Positions 24,104 to 31,971 of a stretch of DNA of 32,000 nt are shown here, in pieces (positions within the stretch are counted from its first letter, which is position 1; each line of letters begins with the position of its first letter). The notes under the pieces were generated by a model. The model was not told where the DNA came from and searched no databases. It was given only the letters and a program-made list of their open reading frames with translations. Source of the DNA: Nannocystaceae bacterium ST9 (lineage in GTDB: Bacteria; Myxococcota_A; Polyangia; Nannocystales; Nannocystaceae). The position numbers and the translations under genes were made by a program. The DNA is taken from the NCBI GenBank assembly GCA_048320885.1, contig JBLWFJ010000001.1:936110-968109 (forward strand), in the 5' to 3' direction.

Positions 24104-24748
24104 TCAGATGCAGTCCATCACCGGGTCGGCCGGTGGATCGCAGGACGCGAACCCCTCGGGCGGCGGGCACAGGCTGTCGACGTGGTAGGCCTGCTCGCCC
24201 ATGCACAAGGTGCCGGTCGCGGGCAGGCAGGCGTCGATCGCGAACAGGCAGCCGATGAACTGCGGCTCGCCGAGGCAGGGTGTGCCGCTGATCGACTCGG
24301 TGTAGGGCTGGCCCATGTAGGGCACGCAGGTCTCGATGCCGTTGCAGGTCGGCTCGTCGAGCAGCAGACAGTTGGGCGGCGGCTCGCCGGTCTCGGTCGA
24401 GTCGCCGCCCATCGTCGCGGTCTCGTCGGTGCCGTCCGTGCCGGTGCCCGCGTCGGTGCCCGTGTTGGTGTCGGTGTTGGTGCCGGAGGCCGTGCCCGCA
24501 CTGCTGCCACTGCCTCCTTCGCCGCTGCCTTCGGCGTCGTCGGTGTTGGCGTCGTTGCCCTGACTGCCGGCCTCGGCGTTGCCCGAACCACCGCTGCCCT
24601 CTCCGCCGGTGCCGGTCGTGTCGCCCGCGGCTTCGTCGTCGCCCGCGGGCCCGACCGAGTCGCCGCAGCCGAACGCGAGCAGGACGCTCACCGTGGCCGA
24701 GCAGGACATGGGAAGGAGCCAGCGAGGTCGAAAATGGTTCGAGCGCAT
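24104..24748 (-). CDS. Cys-rich lipoprotein with a long G/T/S/D/E low-complexity linker
   Basis: Track ORF 24104..24883 is trimmed to ATG 24748 (alternative 24709). ...MSCSATVSVLLAFGC has a lipobox, and the C-terminal domain has 12 Cys. Confidence 0.65.
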   Translation of the reverse strand: MRSNHFRPRWLLPMSCSATVSVLLAFGCGDSVGPAGDDEAAGDTTGTGGEGSGGSGNAEAGSQGNDANTDDAEGSGEGGSGSSAGTASGTNTDTNTGTDAGTGTDGTDETATMGGDSTETGEPPPNCLLLDEPTCNGIETCVPYMGQPYTESISGTPCLGEPQFIGCLFAIDACLPATGTLCMGEQAYHVDSLCPPPEGFASCDPPADPVMDCI

Positions 24749-24814
24749 GGCCGCACGGTAGAGCCGGCGCGCCGGCGCGGCAAAGCCTGCCGTCGATCGG
24801 CCCACGAACGCGAT

Positions 24815-25678
24815 ATGATCGAGGTCATGGCCGACTACGCCCGGATCGGGCCGACCGCTCACGTGACCGCCTACGCCTGGCATCGGCTCGGCATGCCCTA
24901 CGGTGAACTATTCACCACTCGCGAAGGCGCCAGGATGTACTGGGCGTTTCGCGGCACGGTCGAGTGGACGACGCACTGGCTCTCGCTGCCCTCGCTGCTC
25001 GACTTCCTCGAGTTCCGCCATCGGCTGATGGAGGCCCAGCTCGAGCGGCTGGCGCCCGATCGCGTGATCGAGCTCGGCGCCGGGCTCTCGCGGCGCGGGA
25101 TCACCTGGGTGCTCGATCGCAACATCCCCTACGTCGAGATCGATCTGCCGCACATGAGCGCGGCCAAGCGAGCGATGCTCGAGCGCGGGCCCGGCCGCGT
25201 CCGCCGGGCGCTCGAGCGCAGCGACCTCGAGCTGCGCAGCACCGACATCTTCGCGCCGGGCTTCGCCGACGAGCTGGCCGCGCTGCTCGCCGGCGCCGAG
25301 CGGCCGGTGATCATCAGCGAGGGCATGCTGCCCTACTTTCCACAGGCCGACGCCGAGAAGCTGCTGCGCAACATCGTCGCCGGGCTGCGCAGCGTCGGCG
25401 TGACCGGCCACTACCTGACCGACGTGCAGCGAGCCGATCGCGAGCGCAAGTTCGGGCCGGCGCCGCAGGTGCTGCGCCAGGCGATCAACCTGGTGACCCG
25501 CGGCCAGGGTGCCGACCGGCCCTTCCGCGATCTCGAACACGTCGATCGCTTCTTCGCGCTCGCGGGCTTCGACGCCGGCGAAGAGCTGCGCCCGCGCGAC
25601 TTCTACGAGCGCGAGCCCAGGCTTCGTGACCTGCGCTCGCCGACCTCGATCTGGCTGGCGCGCGTCGAGCCGAAATGA
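24815..25678 (+). CDS. Class I SAM-dependent methyltransferase, LCM/TcmP-like O-methyltransferase family
   Basis: Track ORF 24182..25678 is trimmed to ATG 24815 (or 24827). VIELGAGLSRRGITWVLDRNIPYVEIDLPHMSAAKRAML contains motif I, and VIISEGMLPYFPQADAEKLL matches the leucine-carboxyl-methyltransferase-type pattern. Confidence 0.7.
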   Translation: MIEVMADYARIGPTAHVTAYAWHRLGMPYGELFTTREGARMYWAFRGTVEWTTHWLSLPSLLDFLEFRHRLMEAQLERLAPDRVIELGAGLSRRGITWVLDRNIPYVEIDLPHMSAAKRAMLERGPGRVRRALERSDLELRSTDIFAPGFADELAALLAGAERPVIISEGMLPYFPQADAEKLLRNIVAGLRSVGVTGHYLTDVQRADRERKFGPAPQVLRQAINLVTRGQGADRPFRDLEHVDRFFALAGFDAGEELRPRDFYEREPRLRDLRSPTSIWLARVEPK

Positions 25679-25739
25679 GCCGAGCGAAGTCGGCGAGCTC
25701 GCTTGCCAACTCGCGCGGGCCGGCGCGACACTGCCGGCG

Positions 25740-26147
25740 ATGCCCCGCACCGTCGAGGTTCCCGGCTGGCCGCGCCCGCGCGGCTACGCCAACGGCATGG
25801 CCGCCCGCGGCGAGCTGCTCGCGATCGCCGGCGAGATCGGCTGGGACGCGCGTGAGCAGATCGTGTCCGACGAGTTCGCCCCGCAGTTTCGCCAGGCGCT
25901 GGCCAACGTGGTCGCGGTCGTCGAGGCGGCCGGCGGCGAGCCGCGCGACCTGATCTCGCTGACGATCTACGTGACCGACAAGCGCGAGTACGTCGCCGCG
26001 ATCGCCGAGGTCGGGCAGATCTACCGCGCGCTGCTCGGCAAGCACTTCCCGGCGATGGCCCTGGTCGAGGTCGCGGCGCTGCTCGAAGACCGCGCCAAGG
26101 TCGAGATCCAGGGCCTGGCCGTGCTCCCCGATCGAGAGCCCCCATGA
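25740..26147 (+). CDS. RidA/YjgF/UK114 family protein
   Basis: Track ORF 25509..26147 is trimmed to ATG 25740. ...GYANGMAARGELLAIAGEIGWD...FAPQFRQALANVVAVVEAAGGEPRDLISLTIYVTD...PAMALVEVAALLEDRAKVEIQGLAV fits the family pattern. Confidence 0.8.
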   Translation: MPRTVEVPGWPRPRGYANGMAARGELLAIAGEIGWDAREQIVSDEFAPQFRQALANVVAVVEAAGGEPRDLISLTIYVTDKREYVAAIAEVGQIYRALLGKHFPAMALVEVAALLEDRAKVEIQGLAVLPDREPP

Positions 26148-26989
26148 GCCACGATCCCGACCTGCGTCCCCTGCCGCTGCCGACCCCGAGCAGCTTTCGC
26201 TACGAAGAGCGCGAGCGGGTCGGCGTGATCACCCTCGATCGTCCCGACCGCTTCAACGCGCTGACCTTCGCGGTCTACCGCGAGCTCACCGACCTGCTGA
26301 CGGTGATCGACCGCCGCAGCCTCGAGCCCGAGGGCGCGCGCTCACTGCTGATCCAGGGCGAGGGCAAGGCGTTCTGCTCGGGCGGCGACGTCGAGGACAT
26401 CATCACCCGGCTCTTCGCCCGCGACATGGAGGGCCTGCTCCGCTTCACGCGGATGACCGGCGAGCTGATCCACGCGATCCGTCGCTGCAAGCTGCCGGTC
26501 GTCACCTCGGTCAAGCGAGTCGCGGCCGGGGCCGGGGCCGTGATCGCCCTGGCCAGCGATCTGCGGGTGATGGGCAAGCGCTCGTTCTTCGCGTTCTTGT
26601 TTCCGCAAGTCGGGCTCTCGGGCGCCGACATGGGCGCGAGCTGGCTGCTGCCGCGCGTGGTCGGGCTCGGCCACGCCAACGAGATCCTGCTGCTCGGCGG
26701 GCGGGTCTCGGCCGAGCGCTGCATGGCGATCGGTCTGGCCAACCGCGTGGTCGACGACGACGATCCGGCCCAGATCGATCAGGCCGCGTTCGAGCTGGCC
26801 CGCGAGCTCGCCCAAAAGCCGCACTTCGCCACCCGCATGACCAAGACCATGGTCCAGCAGGAGCTCGACATGGGCTTCGGCGACGCAATCGAGGCCGAGG
26901 CCCAGGCCCAGGCGATCTGCATGCAGCACCCCGACTTCAAGGAAGCCAACGACGCCTGGCTGGCCAAGCGCGAGCCGCAGTGGAAGTGA
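26144..26989 (+). CDS. Enoyl-CoA hydratase/isomerase (crotonase) family protein
   Basis: VGVITLDRPDRFNALT...GEGKAFCSGGDVEDI...AAGAGAVIALASDLRVM...FPQVGLSGADMGASWLLPRVVG matches the crotonase pattern. It has a 4-bp ATGA overlap with the RidA gene. Confidence 0.85.
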   Translation: MSHDPDLRPLPLPTPSSFRYEERERVGVITLDRPDRFNALTFAVYRELTDLLTVIDRRSLEPEGARSLLIQGEGKAFCSGGDVEDIITRLFARDMEGLLRFTRMTGELIHAIRRCKLPVVTSVKRVAAGAGAVIALASDLRVMGKRSFFAFLFPQVGLSGADMGASWLLPRVVGLGHANEILLLGGRVSAERCMAIGLANRVVDDDDPAQIDQAAFELARELAQKPHFATRMTKTMVQQELDMGFGDAIEAEAQAQAICMQHPDFKEANDAWLAKREPQWK

Positions 26990-26999
26990 GCGAGAGGTC

Positions 27000-28181
27000 A
27001 TGAGCTTTGCTTCGCATCGGATCCTCGACCGCGACCTCGCGACCATCGCCCCGCCGCACGAGCCCTGGCGCCGCCTCGAGGATCGACTCGAAGCCTTCTG
27101 CGCCGAACTCGAGCGGCACGCGATCGACGAGGGCGACGTCGGCCTGGCCACGCGCGTCTACGTCCAGAAGCTGGCCGAGGCCGGGCTGCTGCGCCTGGTC
27201 GTGCCCGGCGAGTGGGGCGGCGAGCACGAGCGCGTGTCGGCGACCGCGATCTGCCTGGCCCGCCAGTGGCTTGCGCGAGTCAGCGGAGCGCTCGACACCG
27301 CGTTCGTGATGCAGGGCCTGGGCTCGTTCCCGATCGCGCTGGCCGGCCAGGCCGCGCTCCAGCGTCGGATCCTGCCCGCGGTCGCGCGTGGCGAGCTGAT
27401 CTGCGCGTTCGCTCTGACCGAGCCCGAGGCCGGCTCCGACGTCTCGGGCATCCAGACGATCGCCGAGCCGCTCTCCGACGGCGGCGTGCTGCTGCACGGC
27501 GACAAGACCTTCATCTCCAACGCCGGCATCGCCGACAGCTACGTCGTGTTCGCCCGCGAGGCCGAGCGCACGCCCGAGGGCAAGCCGCGCTTCGGCGCGT
27601 TCTGGGTCCCGGCCGACGCCGAGGGCCTGCGCGTCACCCCGATCACCGTGACCGCCCCGCACCCGATCGGCAGCGTGCACCTGCGCAGCGTGTCGGTGCC
27701 GGCCGAGCATCGGATCGGCGAGCCCGGTCAGGGCCTCAAGATCGCACTGGCCAACCTCGATCAGTTTCGGGCGACCGTCGGCGCCGCGGCGCTCGGCATC
27801 GCCGATCGGGCCTTCACGGCGTCGGTCGAGCACCTCGGCGCGCGCGTGCAATTCGGCAAGCCGCTCGCGACTCAGCAGGGCCTGCGCTTCGCCCTCGCCG
27901 AGCTGGCCGCCGAGCACGTCGCCGCCCAGCTGATGGTCTATCGAGCCGCGGCCGCCCGCGATCGCGGCGAGGCCGGGCCCGATCAGCCGGCGATGGCCAA
28001 GCTGCTCGCGACCGAGCTGGCCCAGCGCGTGGTCGATCGCTGCGTGCAGAACTTCGGCGGCCGCGGGGTCGTGGTCGGCGAGGTGCCCGAGCGGCTCTAT
28101 CGCGAGGTTCGGGCCCTGCGGATCTACGAGGGCACCTCGGAGATCCAAAAGCTGATCATCGCGCGGGCGCTGCTCGGATGA
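27000..28181 (+). CDS. Acyl-CoA dehydrogenase family protein
   Basis: GAGAGG RBS is present. CAFALTEPEAGSDVSGIQT...GDKTFISNAG...QFGKPLATQQGLRFALAEL...LYREVRALRIYEGTSEIQKLIIARALL matches the family pattern. Confidence 0.9.
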   Translation: MSFASHRILDRDLATIAPPHEPWRRLEDRLEAFCAELERHAIDEGDVGLATRVYVQKLAEAGLLRLVVPGEWGGEHERVSATAICLARQWLARVSGALDTAFVMQGLGSFPIALAGQAALQRRILPAVARGELICAFALTEPEAGSDVSGIQTIAEPLSDGGVLLHGDKTFISNAGIADSYVVFAREAERTPEGKPRFGAFWVPADAEGLRVTPITVTAPHPIGSVHLRSVSVPAEHRIGEPGQGLKIALANLDQFRATVGAAALGIADRAFTASVEHLGARVQFGKPLATQQGLRFALAELAAEHVAAQLMVYRAAAARDRGEAGPDQPAMAKLLATELAQRVVDRCVQNFGGRGVVVGEVPERLYREVRALRIYEGTSEIQKLIIARALLG

Positions 28182-28891
28182 GCTGGGCGCAGGCGGTCGT
28201 CAGTTGGAGCAGCGGCAAGGACAGCGCGTGGGCGCTGCGGGCCGCGCTGGCCGACTGGGGCCGGATCGAGGTCGTCGGCCTGCTGACCACGACCTCGACC
28301 GCGCCCGCGAGCGCCGGCCAGGCGAGCGAGCCGGTCGAGCGCGTCTCGATGCACGGCGTCCGACGATCGCTGCTCGACGCCCAGGCCCGCGCGCTCGGTC
28401 TGACTCAGCACGTCGTCGAGCTACCCTGGCCGTGCAGCAACGCCGAGTATCAGGCCCGCATGGCCGCGCAGGTCGAGGCCCTGGTCGCGCGCGAGATCGA
28501 GGTCGTCGTGTTCGGCGATCTGTTCTTGGCCGACGTTCGGGCCTACCGCGAGCGCATGCTCGCGGGCACGGGGCTGCGGCCGGTGTTTCCGCTGTGGGGC
28601 CGCGACACTCGCGAGCTCGCCCACGAGATGATCGAGCAGGGCCTGATCGCGACCTTGAGCTGTGTCGACCTCGCCAAGCTCCCGCGCGAGTTCGTCGGCC
28701 GCCGCTTCGACGCCGAGCTGCTCGCCGACCTGCCCGAGGGCGTCGATCCCTGCGGCGAGCGAGGCGAGTTTCACACCTTCGTGAGCGGCGGCCCGGGCTT
28801 CGCGTCGACGATCGAGCTCGCCCGGGGCGAGCGAGTCGAGCGCGAGGGCTTCGCCTGGGTCGACCTGCTGCCGAGCTCGATCAATGCGTGA
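28178..28891 (+). CDS. PP-loop adenine-nucleotide alpha-hydrolase of the Dph6/MJ0570 (DUF71, ATP_bind_4) type
   Basis: This is the C-terminal part of track ORF 27212..28891, from ATG 28178 (ATGA overlap with the ACAD stop). VVSWSSGKDSAWAL contains the SGGKDS-like PP-loop. ...VVFGDLFLADVRAYRE...LWGRDTRELAHEMIEQG...DPCGERGEFHTFV is typical of the family. Confidence 0.7.
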   Translation: MSWAQAVVSWSSGKDSAWALRAALADWGRIEVVGLLTTTSTAPASAGQASEPVERVSMHGVRRSLLDAQARALGLTQHVVELPWPCSNAEYQARMAAQVEALVAREIEVVVFGDLFLADVRAYRERMLAGTGLRPVFPLWGRDTRELAHEMIEQGLIATLSCVDLAKLPREFVGRRFDAELLADLPEGVDPCGERGEFHTFVSGGPGFASTIELARGERVEREGFAWVDLLPSSINA

Positions 28892-29363
28892 GCGCGACGA
28901 GCTCGTCGACGTCGCGGACGATCTGCTCGGGCACGAACGCCCCTTCGGGCAGGTGCGTCGCCAGCCAGTTCGCCGCCGCGAGCGGCTCGGAGAACACCTT
29001 CTCGGGGTGGGTCGGGCGCAGGACCACGTTGATGCCGGTGATCACCGCGCGGGCCATCGACGCCAAGAACCCCTCGCCCGCGACCACATAGGCGAACCCG
29101 ACCAGCTTGCCGGCGCGCGCCTTGAGTGACTCGGCCGCCCGCGCTCGAAACTCGTCGTCGGGCAGCTCCTTGACGCTGGTCGGCGAGACCCGGCAGAGCT
29201 GCACGTAGGGCACGCCGACGATCGGATGATCGAGCATGTGCAGCGACGCGTCGAGGTGCTCGCGGGAGACCTTGCCGGTGAACACCTGCACGACCACGCC
29301 CGGCGAGACTCGCATCGCGATCGTGTTGTTCGGGCCGAGAAAGGTACGGTCGGGGGCGGCCAT
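28881..29363 (-). CDS. Hypothetical protein (160 aa; possibly STAS/SpoIIAA-like fold), immediately downstream of the TIR-CHAT gene
   Basis: From ATG 29363 it reads MAAPDRTFLGPNNTIAMRVSPGVVVQVFTGKVSREHLD.... The track start 29381 is a GTG that overlaps the upstream stop (GTGA). The 3' end overlaps the convergent PP-loop gene by 11 bp. I recognise no family with confidence. Confidence 0.5.
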   Translation of the reverse strand: MAAPDRTFLGPNNTIAMRVSPGVVVQVFTGKVSREHLDASLHMLDHPIVGVPYVQLCRVSPTSVKELPDDEFRARAAESLKARAGKLVGFAYVVAGEGFLASMARAVITGINVVLRPTHPEKVFSEPLAAANWLATHLPEGAFVPEQIVRDVDELVALTH

Positions 29364-29377
29364 CCGCCGCGAGTGTG

Positions 29378-30556
29378 TCACCGATGGCCCGCCGGGAACA
29401 GGCGCGCCAGCTCGGCGTCGAGGTAGCCGGTGCCGAGCGTCGCGAGCTGGGCTTGCGCGAAGGCATGCGGGACGTCGGCGTCCTCGCGCGACGCCAGTCG
29501 CTCGTAGAAGGCGGCGCTGAACTGTCGAGCCGCGAAGTCGGAAATCTCGCCTGCGAAGCCGATCGCATGGCCGACGTGGGCGGCGGAGGCCTCGGCCATG
29601 CGTGCAGAGTTGCAGGTCGCGAACACGACCAGCGTGGGCGGTCGGCGGAGCGCGGCGAAGATCCGCGCGACATGCTCGGGCGACACGTGCAGCTCACCAC
29701 CACCATCCTCGAGCAAGATGATGTCGCCGCTCGAATGGCCGTGACCGCCGAAGTGCACGATCGTCGGCTCGTGGTCGTCGAGCTCGTGAACCACTCGCGC
29801 GAGCGTCACCTCGGGCGAGATTCGCGGCTCGTAGCGCTCACGGGCGTGGGCCCGGGCGAGCGCGTCGAGGATCGCTCGCAGCTCGGCGTCGAGTCGGAGC
29901 GGCTCGCCGACGTTGGCCGTGAACAGCAGGATCAGGCGGCGGGCCGCGACGACGTTGCGAGCCGGCGGTGGCGGCGAGAGGGTGATCGCGCCGAGGTTCA
30001 CCGTGCCCGTGACGTTGAGTTGCTGGCCGATCGTCGCGCCGCGATTGTCGACCTGCTGGCGGGAGCGCGGCGCCGGAGGCATCGAACGCATCGGGCCGAT
30101 CGGCGACGCCAAGGTCTTCGGCTGCCCGGTCAGGTGGCGAAAGAGATCGTCGTATCCGGTCAGAAGCCGATGATGCGTGAATGGGCGCAGCGTCAATGGA
30201 ATGTCCTCGTATTCGCCGTCCTCGAAGATCACCGGGATCAGCTTGGTGTTCAGCGAATTCGCGTCGTAAAGGAGCTGTTGAGCGATCAGGCCCTCCCAAG
30301 CCGCGCCCTTGCCCGTCCCCGAGGCTTCGCTGCCTTCGAAGCGCCGCCGGTAGGTCGGCGTGCAGACGAGGATCGTGAAGTCGCTCTCGACGAGCTGCTG
30401 CTGCATCCAGCGTGGCCAGCCTTGCGGGGGCGAGGGCGTGGTCTGATCGAGGCGCGCATCGAGGCCGTCGGCGCGCAGGCGATCGGCGAGGGCGAGGACG
30501 CGCTCGATGTGGGGGGTGGAGTCGTGCGAGTAGGAGATGAAGACGCGCTTGGTCAT
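29378..30556 (-). CDS. SEFIR/TIR-like domain fused to a compact CHAT (caspase-fold) protease-like domain (392 aa)
   Basis: N-terminus: KRVFISYSHDSTPHIERVLALADRLRADGLDARLDQ...WPRWMQQQLVESDFTILVCTPTYRRRF...GKGAAWEGLI...KLIPVIF is the bacterial SEFIR/TIR_2 pattern, with Glu88 at the TIR catalytic-Glu position. C-terminus: LILLFTANVGEPLRLDAELRAI...PTIVHFGGHGHSSGDIILLED...TLVVFATCNSARMAE...HAIGFAGEISDFAARQFSAAFYERL is a CHAT-like core with His272 and Cys315. Confidence 0.75.
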   Translation of the reverse strand: MTKRVFISYSHDSTPHIERVLALADRLRADGLDARLDQTTPSPPQGWPRWMQQQLVESDFTILVCTPTYRRRFEGSEASGTGKGAAWEGLIAQQLLYDANSLNTKLIPVIFEDGEYEDIPLTLRPFTHHRLLTGYDDLFRHLTGQPKTLASPIGPMRSMPPAPRSRQQVDNRGATIGQQLNVTGTVNLGAITLSPPPPARNVVAARRLILLFTANVGEPLRLDAELRAILDALARAHARERYEPRISPEVTLARVVHELDDHEPTIVHFGGHGHSSGDIILLEDGGGELHVSPEHVARIFAALRRPPTLVVFATCNSARMAEASAAHVGHAIGFAGEISDFAARQFSAAFYERLASREDADVPHAFAQAQLATLGTGYLDAELARLFPAGHR

Positions 30557-30672
30557 GAATGCGACCTCGAAGCTACATAGACCAACTCGCTGTCCAGCAC
30601 CAGCAAGCAGTGACTCGCCTCACGCTCTCAGGACCGATCGTTCAGGCCGCGCGGCCCACAGTCCACTCGACC
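30557..30672. promoter_or_regulatory. Probable divergent promoter region between the TIR-CHAT gene and the CHAT-like/STAND gene
   Basis: The track ORF start 30559 lies 2 bp from the opposite ATG (30556), leaving no promoter space. The next in-frame ATGs are 30673 and 30697. Confidence 0.4.
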
Positions 30673-31971
30673 ATGCCCGAACTCCTTCAAATTGGGATGC
30701 AGGTCAATGCCGATCAAGTGTACTTCGGCGGTGAACGACCATCCAAGCCGGAGCTCGATGCCGCGCGAGAAATCCTCGCGCTCCGTTTCAGGGAGGCCCT
30801 CGAGCGCGGCTCGCTTCGCCCCGACGACCCCGAACTCCGGAATCCGCTCAAGCGCCTCTTTGCACACCGTGGGACGTGGCTCGAGCATCCCAGTCACCGG
30901 TTGATCAGCGTACGATCAGCAGTCGAGAGCGATCTCGTCCTCCCTATCGAGTGTCTACGTCCACCAACCGGAACGATGCCGGTCGTTGTCCGCTGTGAAA
31001 TACCCAGGACCGAGACAGTCCGAGAACATCCCTGCCCTCGCCACGACGATGGTCGCATTCTGATGGCATCCTCGAATGCAGGAGGTGCCCTGCCTGACAA
31101 CGAGTTTGTGGAAGCGGCGCATCAAGCTTGCATCGCGGGCTTCCAGACATTCGTCCCCGAACGCGACCACGTCCACTCAGTCTCCAAGTTGAGCCTCGAT
31201 CGGGCCCTCGCTACGTCCTCAAGCGTCTCCGTACTACTGATGGCTTGCCATGTTCGGGACCGTGGTCTGGTTCTTCATGGAAATGAAGAACCAGATGCAA
31301 TCGTCGCGCCACATGAATTCGCATCGATCCTCGCGCCCTTCGCCGCTAATCTACGTCTCGTCGTAATTGTGCCGATCGACGATCTCAATGAGCCTGGTCG
31401 TGATCCGGGACGAATGATCGTCGAGACTGCGCTCGCGCTACACCGCATCGGCTTCGCCTCCGTCGTAGCACCGCGTGTACCTCTTCCCTCGGCCTCGCTC
31501 GGTTCGGTCACGAGTACTCTACTCGGCACCCTGCTCGGTGACGCCCAGACGCCACCAGCATCTCTCGAACAATCGGTTGCTGCCGTGAATGCCCGTCAAC
31601 GCCTACATGACGGTCTTGCATGGCTGGGTCTTCGCCTCTTTGCGCGTGCGAGCGACGGTGACGACACGCGACCTATTGTGATTCGCCCCTATCGCGGGCT
31701 ACTCTCGTTCGAGCGCGAACACGCACGCTTTTATGTCGGCCGAACGCAGGAGGTTCGGGAAATCACTGACCGCCTCGCCAAACTCGAGAGGTTGGGGCTC
31801 CCACGCTTTCTTCTTCTGGTCGGCGCATCAGGGGTCGGCAAGTCCTCACTCGCAAAAGCCGGCGTCGTGCCCGCCATTGTCGGCTCGGAGCCATCTCGAA
31901 TTCCAATAGTCACTCGCCCCAGTGAAAATCTGGAACTCGCACTACAAGGAAGCGAGGGATCAAGCGATTAA
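30673..31971 (+). CDS. Cys-less CHAT-like domain fused to a STAND-type P-loop NTPase, ending at an in-frame stop between Walker A and Walker B
   Basis: CHAT-like layout: RLISVRSAVESDLVLPIECL, RILMASSNAGGALP, VSVLLMACHVRDRGLVLHG...ANLRLVVIVPIDDL...IGFASVVAPRVPL (His position kept, Cys position lost). This is followed by IRPYRGLLSFEREHARFYVGRTQEVREITDRL...RFLLLVGASGVGKSSLAKAGVVPAI, the STAND N-terminal signature plus Walker A (Lys at 31840..31842). GC is lower here (52-58% on sampled lines). The start could be 30559, 30673 or 30697. Confidence 0.7.
   Translation: MPELLQIGMQVNADQVYFGGERPSKPELDAAREILALRFREALERGSLRPDDPELRNPLKRLFAHRGTWLEHPSHRLISVRSAVESDLVLPIECLRPPTGTMPVVVRCEIPRTETVREHPCPRHDDGRILMASSNAGGALPDNEFVEAAHQACIAGFQTFVPERDHVHSVSKLSLDRALATSSSVSVLLMACHVRDRGLVLHGNEEPDAIVAPHEFASILAPFAANLRLVVIVPIDDLNEPGRDPGRMIVETALALHRIGFASVVAPRVPLPSASLGSVTSTLLGTLLGDAQTPPASLEQSVAAVNARQRLHDGLAWLGLRLFARASDGDDTRPIVIRPYRGLLSFEREHARFYVGRTQEVREITDRLAKLERLGLPRFLLLVGASGVGKSSLAKAGVVPAIVGSEPSRIPIVTRPSENLELALQGSEGSSD

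Noticed and set aside
30559-30672. Using the track start ATG 30559 for the CHAT-like/STAND gene.
   Set aside because: It lies 2 bp from the divergent ATG at 30556, which would leave no intergenic promoter space. The first 38 residues show no recognisable feature. It is not excluded, but 30673 is preferred.
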